A DNA stretch of 64,000 bases, taken from the NCBI GenBank assembly GCA_004022145.1, contig RCNU01000001.1, one strand, 5' to 3'. The stretch comes from Paecilomyces variotii. Lineage: Eukaryota. Numbering within the stretch: position 1 is the stretch's first letter; each line of letters opens with the position of its first letter. A program made the position numbers and the translations under genes. Below the pieces are notes generated by a model, which was not told the DNA's origin, did no database searches, and was given only the letters and a program-made list of their open reading frames with translations. Shown piece by piece: positions 48,653-61,629 of this stretch.

Positions 48653-49822
48653 ATGGAAATCCCCGCGATTACGCCCAAAGCGGCCTCCGAGCTGCCTTCA
48701 TCCAGCATTGTCAACACGCCTTCTCCCACTTCCTCTCCCTCAGTCACCCAGATTCCTTCCGACCAGATCGACACCGTCTTCGCCCGCACAACCAATCTCG
48801 CTTCATCCGCTCTCAGTAGCACCGTTCTCTCGTGCTCCAATGACTACTTCGCCGCAGCTCCGAACTTGCTGAACCCAGGTCCTCCTGTCCACAAACCCGG
48901 TGTGTTCGTACACACCGGTGCCTGGTATGATGGGTGGGAGACGCGGCGGCACAACCCAGACCCGTATGACTGGGTGGTGATCAAGTTAGGAGTTGCCAGC
49001 GGAGCCATCGAAGGCGTCGAGGTCGACACGGCGTACTTCGTTGGGAACTATGGTGAGAAGGCAGAGCTCCAGGGCACGTATGCGCCTTCTGGTAGCGGCG
49101 TAACGGACGAGGAGATCGCAAAGGCAGATTACAAGGGCTGGACAACCATCCTGCCAGCGCAGGAGTGCGGTCCGTCTCAGCGACGGGCGTGGAAGCTGAA
49201 CGACTATGACCCGAAGAGTCCTAAGCCTTACACGCATGTTCGCCTGCTGATGTATCCTGATGGTGGATTTGCGCGATTGAGACTCTATGGACATGCAATC
49301 CCTCCCGCACTTCCATCGGAAACGGCCCTCTCGACCGTTGAAGAGCTCTCGTCGGCACTGGTGGGTGGCCTGGCCCTGTCTGCTTCAGACCAGCACTACA
49401 CTCCATGCTCGAATCTGATCCTCCCAGGCCGGGGCAAAGACATGGGTGATGGCTGGGAAACCGCACGGTCCCGCGCTCCTGGTCACGTCGACTGGGCGAT
49501 CATCCGCCTGGGATTACCTGGATCCGTCAGCAAAGTGGTCGTCGACACGAAGGATTTCCGCGGTAATTTCCCGCGAACTATCACAGTCCACGGCCTCGTG
49601 GAAGGCAAGGAAGACCCTAGCCACGACCACCCAGGATGGGTGGAGCTAGTGAAGGGAGAGAAGCCCACCCAGGCTGATACAGAGCACGTCTTTGAAGGAG
49701 ACGACCTAGCTGTGGGAGGAGAGGATACTCGTGTGTTCACCCATGTCAAATTGACCCTCATCCCTGATGGTGGCGTGAAGCGGCTCCGGATCTTTGGTCG
49801 GAGAGCCAATGTTGCTGCTTAA
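48653..49822 (+). CDS. DAL2: Allantoicase
   Basis: Two allantoicase repeats: WYDGWETRRHN...DTAYFVGNY...YPDGGFARLRLYG and MGDGWETARSR...DTKDFRGNFP...IPDGGVKRLRIFG. Confidence 0.96.
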   Translation: MEIPAITPKAASELPSSSIVNTPSPTSSPSVTQIPSDQIDTVFARTTNLASSALSSTVLSCSNDYFAAAPNLLNPGPPVHKPGVFVHTGAWYDGWETRRHNPDPYDWVVIKLGVASGAIEGVEVDTAYFVGNYGEKAELQGTYAPSGSGVTDEEIAKADYKGWTTILPAQECGPSQRRAWKLNDYDPKSPKPYTHVRLLMYPDGGFARLRLYGHAIPPALPSETALSTVEELSSALVGGLALSASDQHYTPCSNLILPGRGKDMGDGWETARSRAPGHVDWAIIRLGLPGSVSKVVVDTKDFRGNFPRTITVHGLVEGKEDPSHDHPGWVELVKGEKPTQADTEHVFEGDDLAVGGEDTRVFTHVKLTLIPDGGVKRLRIFGRRANVAA

Positions 49823-51175
49823 GTAGAAGCTTTTCTTTCCCCCTCCCTTTTGTCATTCTACCTAAGTCGTTAAGCTACGGGCGTAGTCGAGATCCACAAA
49901 AAAGGAAAAGAAAGAAAGAAACAAAGCTGAAAACGACCTATACGAAGCATATACCATATTGCCATATTTCCTGTTCTATTCTGATTTAGTTTTCTAAAAT
50001 GCTATACTTACCTGGGATAATTTGGCCCACGGCTCCTTCGCCAAATATATTAAAAAGCATGAACAGGAGACATCACGTATTCTGATTGGAAATTTATACT
50101 ATACAGCTGCACCCAATGTGTCGGCAACAGGATAGCTTATTAACAATAGTAGTAGTAGTTAACTAGTAGCCTCAACACCCAGCATTTACATCTACTCTTC
50201 CCACGTAGTCTATAGACAAATAAAACATCTATACGAAATAGATGAAAGAAAGATACAAAATCTAAAGAATCAACTAGAGGAAATAGAATTTCCCATAAAC
50301 CCCTTTCTATATACAGATCTCAATCTCTTAGAAAGAAAGGCAACCAAAAAAGAAAAAAGAGCAGAAACCCGCTAATTAAAGAGCCTACCTATCTAATAAC
50401 TCCTTAGAAGTGTAAGTGAAGTGAAAAAGTAAGTTAAGCCTTTGAATTTTGGTTTCACCTTTTTGTCTTGAACTCTTGAAATGCCCTTTTTGGTCATTTC
50501 CCTGCTTTCTTCCGAATCCCGGGCTCTGGGGTATACTCTTTTTGCCTGGTATCCCCGGTTGAGGTGACTTTAACACCTCGCCTTCCCCTTCGAAATAAAG
50601 AATAAGCGTATTACAGAAGCTCCCTCTTCCACCCTGCTCCCCCTTTGACTTGGCTCACGTGGACCCTGGCGCATCAAGGCTCTCGGGATGTAGAATTCAA
50701 GTTGGCAGGGGAAGAAAAAGACAATGAAAACTTTCGCATTTATAACAACAATGGAAAAGGAAACAGAAAGCACTCAATCCCAAACCCCACGATCAAATGA
50801 ACCCCTAGAAAAGATAGACAAAAACGACCCGAAGCGATGACCTATGACCTATCTATATATTTCGCGCTGCAATGTTGGTCCTAATAATATCGAGATTTCA
50901 TCATTCGTGCTTTCATCATGTTGTGAGGTGATCCAGTGAAGGCTGGAGAGAAAGTAGGGGGCAGCGATATAGAGGAAATATGACAAAAAGGGGGTAACAA
51001 AGAATAGATAAAAGGGGATAGTGACGTGAATTAGGCGTGGTATGGTAATAAAACAATTTAGGGGATACCCTAAATTATAGTCGGACGGAAGATAAGCGAG
51101 TAAACATAGGCTTATCCGACATGATTATTAGGCAACAGCAGCCCAAAATCGAAGGCGGATTGCCTATGGACGGTA

Positions 51176-54100
51176 TTATGACGCATTATTATTAGCATCG
51201 CTGCCACCTGCAGTCTCAGGTGACGTCTTGGACTCGACATCATCAATCACGATTGTAGTATCACCTTGCCTCTCAGAGGGCCATATGACATCTGGTGACA
51301 GAGGCTGCGGGTCATGGGAGATACTTCCCAGTTTTATTCGGAGGTCCTTTTTAGAAGAGTTTGGTTCTTCCGGCGGCGTCAATGCTATTACTTGACTGCC
51401 GGAGCGTGATGAGGAAGAGCTGCCTGGAGTTGGCACGTCATCGACTTTGAGATTTGAATTGCTGATCCCTCGAGTGGGTAGCCTCATAGGTCTCGACTGT
51501 GCCGGCGCTGGAGCAAGATACTTGTCGAGCATCTCACTCAGCACGCCGGATCGAACTGGCTTGGCGAGATAATTGTTCATTCCAGCTTCGAGACACTTCT
51601 CCCGGTCGCCCTCGATAGCACTGGCGGTCATGGCTATCACTAAGACCTCATTGACATTCGGGTCAGGGTCCTTCCTGATTTCACGTGTCGCATTGTAGCC
51701 ATCCAAAACAGGCATTTGTACGTCCATTAACACTAGATGGAAAGGCCTGCCTTCTTTCGAACGCAAGCGCAGAGCCTCGACCGCTTGCTGGCCATCACTG
51801 TAAGCCTCACTTTCGAGGCCTAAACCCTTGACGAATTGCACAGCAATCTTTTGGTTGATAGGATTGTCTTCAGCGATACAGACCCTAATCTCGTTGCGGG
51901 GGATCATTGTCAGGTCCCGCGCTACAGGCTTGGGCGGTACTTTGCTCTCAATCTGGTTAAAGTTCTGGGACCATGCACCTTTGACGACAGCTTCCTTGGG
52001 AGCCTTGTTGAAACTGAGATGGAATGTTACCGTCGTACCAACGCCAGGAGTAGAATCCAACCAGATTGCGCCGCCAAGCACATCCTCGATAATGGCCTTG
52101 CAAATACTCAGGCCGAGTCCGCTTCCGCCGTACGACCGTGCAGTCGAGCTGTCAGCCTGCGAGAAAGGCCTGAAAAGGCGTGACTTCTGTTCTTCTGGGA
52201 TACCAATACCCGTGTCGGAGACGGAGCATTCCAGGCGAACTCGGCCCTTACCCTCACGGGTCACCTTGGCTCTCACAGTAATAGAGCCCTTAGGGGTAAA
52301 TTTGTAGCTGTTACTTAGGAGGTTCATGAATATTTGGTGTAAACGGACGGGATCTCCAAGTACCAGCAGATCAGGCGGTACCTTGTCGACATCCTCTATG
52401 GTCTCGAGGCCCCTGTCGCGGTGCGTGTAGCGAAGGGCACGAACAACCTCCGTGATCGTCTCTCTCAGGTTAAGAGGGACAGTCGAGATCTTCATCTTGC
52501 CAGCCTCCAGCTTCGAGAAATCCAGGATATCATTGATCAGCGTCAGTAGTGTATCCGCGCATACACGAATAGACTCCACATAGCCGTCCTGCTCCTTATC
52601 CAATTTGGTTCCTTTCAGCAGCTCTGAAAGTCCAATCACTCCGTTCATCGGTGTTCGAAGATCGTGCGATACATTTGCGAGGAAAATAGACTTGGCCTTT
52701 GCGGCGTCCTCTTTGAGTTTAACGTTATGGTTGGCTTCTGCTTCAGCTACCTTGGCCTTCGCCTCCGCATCGCGGGCTTGCGCCAAAGCTCGTTTTTGAG
52801 CTTCCACCATCGCCGCATTGGTCGCACTTACTTTGCGTGCCTTGCGGAAAAGCAGAGCATTCGCGAGAGAGATACCCACTTGATTACAGAGAAGATGGAG
52901 CACAACGACATTGCGTTGGGTAAAGGAGTTAGGCTTGCCTTCGATGTGGATAACGCCGAGTAGAGCCCCCGCTTGCACTATAGGCAGAGTGATCACAGAT
53001 CTCCCAAGTGGATAGCGAGCCTGGTATGCTTCACTGACGTTGGAGAAGCGTTCATCCTCAAGGACATTGTGAACCAGTACTTGCTCTCTAGTACGAAGCG
53101 TATAGTGGGAAATCTGCTGCGCCATCTTATCTTCAACCTCTGAGAAAGGTAATCCATCCAGGAAAGCCTGCTGGCCCTTCTCTATGTCACCAGCTGCTGC
53201 AACTGCAAACCCAATGTCCTCGAAGTCAGTAGCAATGACGGCAAAGTCCGACCCGCTACATGACTCTAGAATGATCTCGATCATCTTTGTCAGCAACTTG
53301 TCAATCTGCAATTCGGAGGACATGACTTGGCTGAACTCCAGAATGCTCGACAAGTCGATGATGTCTAGGCCCACCCCAGAGATATCGAGGGATCGCTCTC
53401 CACTGGTCATGCCATTCTGCTCCAACCACTGTTGCTTTCTTTCGTCTTCCATGTGTGGCGTAACTGGTTCGGTGCCAGAGTCACGATGGATATCAATAAG
53501 CGAATCCACAGTTTGACAACCGGCGTCATTGGTTCTCGAGGTAGTGGCAGTTTTAAGAAGCCATTCATGTTTTTCAGCTAGATGGGCAGCTTTTCCAGAA
53601 GCACTAATTGTCGTGTAAGCGGCAATAGATTCACGGATCATTGCACGAGCAGCTCGTTTTGCTCCTCGACGGATCAAGAAGTCACCCTGCAGCTCTAGAG
53701 CTAGAGCTTCTTCTAGCGGCCATCCATGGACTTGGCTATGGTCAATAGCTGCCTCGAACGACTGAACGGCTGCGGGATAATCACTGTTGACTTCGTAAAA
53801 CAGTGCTTCCAAGATCAAGGACCACATGCCATAGTTTGCGTCACATGCCCTCCGGGAGAAATCGATCTTGGCCTTGTACTCCATCGCCCTCTCCAGGCTT
53901 TCTTCCAGCCCGGGACGGTTAGGGTAGTCGAGGTGTAGACTGAGCAGCGATAGCGCAAGATAGAAGTAGACAACCTGAGTGACACGCACAGACCATAGCC
54001 GAGAAATAGTGTCCATCATGTTCGTTCCAACTTCGACAGCCTTCTCATGATGCCCGTAGATATAGAGAGATATCATGGAAAGCCCCATGTAAATATCGCG

Positions 54101-57100
54101 GGGGCGATCTGCGTTTGTGGCATGCAGATCCAGATACTCCATATATTCATGTGTCTTATGGTACTCGTCGGACATCACATATTCGGGAGACCGGAAGGAT
54201 GTCTTGCCTTGAAGAGCACGTGCGACTTGCCTGCAGTTGACCGTGAGCAATCAAAGAAACGAAGGAAGAGAAAGAGCAACGGAACATACCTGACGGCAAG
54301 GACACTGGCTCCTCCACGAGTGTCATCCATCCAATCGGGAATATCCTCTGGAGTTTCATCGCAGAACGCTTCTAGCTCTGCCATATCCTGACCGAGATAT
54401 AAACGTGCCATGGCCATCGACGAAAGACTGATTAGGCTCATAAAGGGGTCTCCAATGGCAAAAGAGGATTCCAGGGAAGTCTCAAGTTCCGGCAGCGTCG
54501 AACGGATTGGAACCCTCAGGTGACTGACGTAAAGATTGTGAACCGTGTAGCCTCGACTGTGTGTCCAGGTCTCGGAATAGCGCTCCAGTAACGCCAATGC
54601 GAGGTCACTCAGTCTAGCGCCCAGGTCTATGTCCTTAAAGCGACTATAAGAGATCATGGCCAAGTGGGAACAGCCGATCGCGATCTGAGTGAAACCGCCT
54701 TTGAAGAGGTGGAGTCTGACCATCTCGATGGCCATCCTCAAAAAGGTCAAGGCGTCGTCCCAATAAGTGACGGCCATTGCTTCAGACATGACAGTCCCGA
54801 TAGCCATGATGGTACGGTCCTCACTTATCGGTCTCTCGAGGATTTCATCGAAATCGGCCTGTCTCAGGTAATTACTCAATTCTTCATAGGCAGCATCGCA
54901 CTCCTCATACGAAGTGGGTTCTCGCAGATGCACGCCCAATTCGTCGAGACCTGTGAGTAGAGAATTCATGGCACCGTAATGATTTCCACTCTGGGCATAT
55001 ATTTTACTTTTCAGGATCCATGCCCTCGATTTGTCCACCCCATCTCTAGCATGAGCGAAGACTTCTTCGAGCAGGCCCAGGGCTTCACCGCTCTGACCCT
55101 GCGACCATAACATCTCGGCAGTCTGGATATGAAGACTTTTGGCCTCGAAGTAGACGTCTGGATTTGGATCGTCCCAGCACTTCTCCTGCAAAAGATCGAG
55201 ACAATGGCGGAAATACCAGAGGGCAGTTGGTCTGGCACCGGATGCAGCAGCCGTTTCAGCTGCCTCCCGAAGAACCCTCCTATACTCAACTCTATGGGGA
55301 ACGCGCCGCTTGATGAGACGCGATGCAAAGCAGATATGACGGGCTTTCGCGTAGAGATTCTTGGCGTTCCTAAAGTACTTCATCATGGCCTGCGCGATGA
55401 CAAAATGCATCTTTTCCTGTGTGCGATCATCTTTCAAATTTGCAACGGCCTGAGCGAAACGATCATGGGCAAACCTATAAATAGAGCAGTTAGTCGTGTG
55501 CGAAGTACAAAAGTAGACAGAAGGTAACCGACCTAAATTCATCGTCCGTCTCTCCCGGTAGGATGATATACGCCTGCACCAGATATTGAAGTCCGACCAC
55601 CATATCAGCATCCGATCGTTTCGCAATTCCAGTCGCCTTCGGACATGGCAAGTCGTCTGTGTCCTCTTGCTCCGGGCTGATGAACTCCCCGCTCATGGTC
55701 TTCCGGACTAGTGAAAATGAGAACGGAGAGCCGAGTAAAGCTGCCCATGTCAAGATCGCACGTGCAGTAGATGGGATCTCCTGGAGACGCTTCGTGATGA
55801 ACTCGGTCCCAAGACCTTGTCCATAGTGTGGAGCCACGAATTCGGTGAAGATGCGGTCCAGGTCGAACTCCCAATTCGAATTTCTCCAAGAGTACCAAAT
55901 ACAGTTCTTGCGGTAACAGGTCTCCAGCATCATGCGAACATAGAAGGGATTGCCCTGGCTCTTCTCTAAGATGACAGCGGCTAGAGGCATCAGACTTGGA
56001 TTAGGTTCCTGGTGCATTGTGGCTGCAACGTAATTGACGATATCTTCCTCACTAAGCGGGCCCAAGGCGATGTTGGTTACATTAGGATTGTCCCCGTCGA
56101 AGAGTGACTTAATATCAGCCGACTCTATTTTCTCTTTCTGGCCACTCAATATGATCACGCAGGGAACCTTGGCTTTCAGGATGTTCATGATCAACTCCAT
56201 CGACTCGTCGTCTGCATAATGGATATCATCTAGAGTCACGCAGATCATCTTATACTGAGACAGTGCTCGCAAGAGCTCCAGAAAAGTCTCCATCAGGCGC
56301 ACGTTCTTCGCTGCTGCATGGGCCAAAAAGAAGTCAGTCGAGGTCTGGCCTTGGCCTATGCCAGGAAGTGTAACGCGTCTGTTTGGATCCAGCTTCGTGT
56401 TCTCCTTCAAAATATGTTGAGCGACACTTAACTTCGGTGACAATGACTTATCCTTGCCCCCTGCGGAGATAAGCTGCTCCGGAAGTTCTAAAACACGATG
56501 CAGCGTGGACCAGACGGGCCGCAAAATCGCCCGAATATTGTTGTGATAATCGGATGAGACATCCCGCTCGGAAAAGATCTGGCGGAGGAGACTGGCCAGA
56601 GCCCTTGCGAAGGGCTCATAGGGGATTCTTCGCGCTCGATCTAGTTTGGCAATTGAAACGTATCCAAGTCTCCGGATTGCGGGCTGCACTCGATGTAACA
56701 GGTCCGACTTCCCGATCCCAGCCATCCCAGAAATGGTAATCACCTCAGTACGTCCACTGCGACGCAGCTTGGGCACGGCTTTTTGCCTAGTCAGAGTATT
56801 CAGTGTCTCTGCCGGCCCTTGCGTATTAGAAAGAGGACTCTCTCGATCGGTATTGTTGTCTAACGATGCGCGGGAGTCGGCTGGGCTTTTTACCCTGTTA
56901 GCCAGTTGCCCTGGTCGTTGTGTGGAGATGGACGACTCTGTGCTGTGGACCGATTCATGTGTAGAGACATGGACCAGATGAGGCCCACCATTCGAATTAC
57001 TCCTTGAGGCGGTTATATTGAACGAACCAGAGTCGCTCGACCCGTCAATGTCGAAGCTGTCCACCCTGCTATCCGCGGTTGAAGAGTTCGATCCCAGATA

Positions 57101-58432
57101 GGTCCCATGAGCACTGTTCTGGGTTGCCTTTACGTATGCAGATTGCTGACGCTTGTAGACCTTTTCTACCACACTGACGATCTTATCATGTTCTTCTTTT
57201 CGTCCATACAGCCCGGACGGCAGCGTGAAGAAGGATGACACATCACGCTGGGCAATCTGGAACTTCTTCAAGGCTTCACTATCTCCATCCCCTAGAAGCT
57301 TCGAGATCTCTTCCAGGTCTCTTTTTACAGAGGATATCGTGTGGTATCGTTCATTGACTGCCTTTTGCGTCATCTTCTGGATGACTGCAGAAACCGCGTC
57401 TGGAACATCCATCCGCTTGGATGAAAGCGGAGGTAGTTTCTTGCCCAAAACATTCTGTACCACTTCCACTGGATCCTCCCCGTCGAAGGCTGGTTTTCCT
57501 GCAAGCATTGTCCAGAAGAGAACACCCAAAGCGTAGATATCTGTACGACTATCCGGCTCTGTGGGCATCCTTCCGGTCTGCTCTGGAGCGATAAACTGCA
57601 GTTTGTTCTTCACGCCAACCTCTTTCGATAACGCGGACCATCCTTCACTAAGAGCATTATCAAATGCGCGGGCGCCATTTCCCGAATTCACCAGCTTCAC
57701 AGCGCCTGTTTCCCGGTTGAAATGGAAAGCATCAGCGCGGATCTCTCCATGGATCGTCTTCAGCCCATAATGCAGTAGCTCCAGACAATCACATGCTCCT
57801 ATTGCAAAGTCGAGGAAGAGAGGCAGTGAGACCTGCTCCCCCGGGGTGGAGTCATTACTGCCGCAGATCCCATACCACGCGGGGCCAAAGGCAACCATCT
57901 CCTTCAGATAGTTATCACCGGGAGACTCGTATATCGTGACCAAGATGGGGCCACCGTCTCCATGTTCTCCGGGTAGCCGCATCATATCGATGGGACGTAT
58001 TGTATGGTGGCAGTCCGGGTCGGATATCTGAACAATCGACCGCATCATGTGGAATTCCCTTTCCAACCTCACCACGTGGGTTGAAATTCGGGCCACCACT
58101 GGCACCCATACTGGCTCTGCTTCGATCCGGGACAGAGACAGCTCACTGCTGGATTCGCTCAAGCTGCTTCGCCAGTGGTGTCGAAAGGCCGGCCGCGACT
58201 CGATTCGGGGTGAGTTGCGGGCTGAACTGGAGGGTCCTGAGGACGTCGCGACGGGCGTGGAGACGTCCGAATCGGACGAATGTCGAACCCCAAAGACATG
58301 CCAGTTGTCATAGGTAGAGTGAAACGGCTCGATGGTCTGGTCCCAGACATAACCCGGCAGCTGGGCCAGACGTTCGAACAGCCGTGCAGGCGGCAACGGC
58401 AGGTCCTCGCCAAGAATATAGGTCTCCTCCAT
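51176..58432 (-). CDS. Group X hybrid histidine kinase (kinase-like - AAA/NTPase - GAF - HisKA - HATPase - receiver; Chk1/PhkA-like)
   Basis: HGEIRADAF...FIAPEQTGR...[17 protein letters not shown] region; [33 protein letters not shown]...LMDVQMP; introns 55475-55532 and 54231-54289. Confidence 0.93.
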
Positions 58433-58830
58433 TTCAAGCAGGTCTGGAGAAATCTCGATCGGTATTTCAACGCATGGCCGATATCTCGTCAGAGGCAAAA
58501 ACCAGGGGGGACAGCCAAAGCTGCCGTGTCGACGGTTGGTGGGTTCGTGATGCGATCGGGAGGAGGAAAAAGGATCAGACCATGCCGCTAACCAGCGTTC
58601 GTCGAGATATGTCTGCGCCCGGCGGAGGGGTCTAGCGACCACAGACAGCAACGCAGCGGTTCCGCAAAAGGACGGGATCTAAAATGACCTTGACTGAGAT
58701 CGAGATGCGGAGCGTGTCTGTCTGTCTGAGCGGAGGTTGGCGGATAGGGATCAGGATGAAGAACTGGCAGCCTGGCGAGTTCGACGATTGAGAAGCGTTT
58801 GGACGTGACGGCCGTTCTGGGCTCTCCCGT

Positions 58831-58867
58831 TTGATTGAGTTGACTGATTGACTGACTGACTGGCTGG
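58831..58867. repeat. (GACT/GATT)n degenerate tetranucleotide repeat
   Basis: ttgattgagttgactgattgactgactgactggctgg. Confidence 0.6.
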
Positions 58868-61585
58868 ATGCCTGAGTATGCCTGAAATGTCAGGCTGCAA
58901 ATGTGGGCGGACTAGTAAAGTTTGCTGTCCTCAGGCATCAATTAGTACCTAAGTTACCTTAGGTAGAGGCTAGAGCTGTCTGTCTTGGTTTCGTTAAATC
59001 ACTCATTTTAACTACTCTAAGTACCTAGGTAACTAGCTAACAACTCCTACATAATATAGTAGTTTATCAGTTATCTGACATACAGTACCACTTACTCATC
59101 GTCTCAAAATAACCAGTCAAACCTCTTTCTCGTGTAACCAGTACCTGCATGTCATGACGTCGATGAACCCGCAAAATGCCTTCGGAGAGAACATAAAAAG
59201 GGAAAGACATGCCGGCCGCGTTTCCTAGTCCCGCTCTATGGTATGGCAAAGAACAATTCTCTACCTTCTCCCGTGTCCTCCCTGATTCTATATCTCTCGC
59301 CTTTTCTCTCCCTTGCAAGTAAAGCTATTGATTCTGCCAGGCAGAGGCCCGAACCCAAAGGAATCTCGTCGTGTTCCCTGCGTCACTTTCCCCGATAGGT
59401 AGAGTCTGTGGCCCGTGGTTCTCAAGAACTACTCTCCCGCACGTGAGATCATTGGACAGAACCCATGGAGAGCTACCTTAAGGCTTAAGTTAAAGAAAAG
59501 GCTCCCCTATCCATGGAGACGCCCACAATCCCATTGTTATTGCTATCTCCTGTACGCTGCCCATTACAGCAAACGACCTCAGCCCTATTTCCCAGCTGCT
59601 TGCGTCGGGCCAATAGGCCTTGACGCTGTCTGGAGCGCACGATTGATTGATTCTGATTATTACTTGCGGTGCTTCGTCGAGAAAGCCGTCTCCAGCCTCG
59701 CTGCACTGTGCCTGCCAAGCCTTTTCCGCTGCCGGCCTACTTCTACGTCGACAATGAAAGCATCGGGGGCAGACCGTCGTCGTCGCCACGTTGGCTGGTT
59801 CTTGAACCCATGGATAGACCGCTAGTGCAGCCCTGGTTCTTCCCCAGGTGGATGCTCTGCGGTGGCACCAACATATCTAGCATCTGAGCTGCTCTCCATG
59901 TCATCTCCTGCTGCCTGCTTACCTTTTGCTGCCACCTCTGTCCACACATGAGAGAAGGGAAGATATCTTTCGATTCGTTGCTGTCCCATTGGATCAACAG
60001 GTCGATGTGCGAAGAACAACCGGTTAGTTCCCTGACGTAGGGAAACCGGGGCTGCGTCTACATCTAAACGATGGGCCCCGTAACCATGCTGTTCTGTTCG
60101 GTTCTAGTGGCACCAAGTTGTCGGTCCATTTTAGGTGGCGACAACATGCGGATAATTATACTCTGTGGTACAAGCAGGAAGACGGGTCGAGTCAACAATG
60201 AGGGTCGAGGGTGAAAATCCGGATATGCCATATGTTAGATACGCTAGAAACGATATTCCCCTGGCACCCCCCAGCATCCAGCATCTGCGGTTTCTCATGC
60301 TAGACGCTTTTCTGATCGAGTGTTCCGTAACGTTAGTGGACAGATGAAACCGGAAAGCTGCAAACCGATCAGTTCCGCGACAAACTCAAGGGAGCAAAGG
60401 AAAGTCATGCGCGAACAGCGTGGACAGTGCGGACTATGGTAGCGTCTTCCTACACTGATCTTCAATGAATGAGGATAATCATGGATCAATAATACAATAA
60501 CAACTAATAAGCTTGGATTCGGATGTTTTACTACGAGCATACTTATGATCATAGTTACCGTTGGGTGCAACCCCCGGTTGGCCCAAGATATATAATTATA
60601 TATTATTTTGTGCGAGGCCCAGCGGGGACTCTCCACGTGCCAGATATCGGTCCGGGAGAACGAGCTGACATCATGGACGAAAAAAAAGCGCTTCTCTGCT
60701 CCACTTCAATAACGCGTTCTGAATGTGTACTGAATGTGTACCCATCCCCGAAGTCAGTGAGGCTACTACCAATATTATTCTCGACGATTAGCTTGCCACT
60801 GCGTCAAGCTTCTCTCTCTCTCTCGGTTTTCTTCTGAGCGATACTGCTCAACGCTCAACACTCTGGTCACAAGTTACGCTGGCTGGAGAAGGCGGTGTGC
60901 GAACGCAGCGAATGTTCTCAGGCATGGCGCTATTGGCGGACCGAGACTAGCGGCCCTATGACCGTTGATCGATCGGGCCAACAGTCGAAGTCGGCACGAA
61001 AAGACGAAAGAAAGAATCCAGGAGGAGGCATGTGAGCATCCACTTGATACGGACTATCAGAATTTTGTTTTGTCCGTCCAGCCTTGCACGCCTTTGCCCC
61101 GCATCCGCTCCTCTCCTTTCGGCTGTGCACTGCGATGTTTTGTGGCAGACACCGGGTCGCTTGGATTCCCACCCCCTTTGCCCATCCTGGAGAATCGATC
61201 CTAACGGATTCCCGGCCACTCCGCTGGTTTTTTTTTTTTTTTTCTTCTTTTTCCTTGCTTCATCTTCCTGTAGCCGAGGAGAGAGGCTGGTGGCGCACGG
61301 GGAAAGCGATTGCAGTTCAAGAAACACTGGTATTGGCTGAGGGATAATACGGCGTGGGGGAACGCTGAGACCGCACCGGATACATTTTCATTATTATGAT
61401 TATTGTGTTGTTCGAGCAATTGGGAAGGCTGGAGTGACTGGACAGAGTCGACAGACACTGGGGTGCACTAAGACCAGCTTGAGTCCTTGACCCTTAGGGT
61501 CCCAGGATAAATATGGAATCAATAATAATGAAGAGAAAAGCAACCCCATCTTCCGGGAGATGCTGACCACCGGGATCGATCGTGG

Positions 61586-61629
61586 TTAACTAGTTATTAA
61601 CCCCCGGGTTAATAATAATTAACTAGTTA
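61586..61629. repeat. Inverted repeat flanked by two TAACTAGTTA palindromes
   Basis: TTATTAACCC-cc-GGGTTAATAA (61594-61615); TAACTAGTTA at 61587 and 61620. Confidence 0.8.

Noticed and set aside
58433..58651. N-terminal extension of the histidine kinase from a TTG start
   Set aside because: The first ATG is at 58432; the upstream frame lacks support
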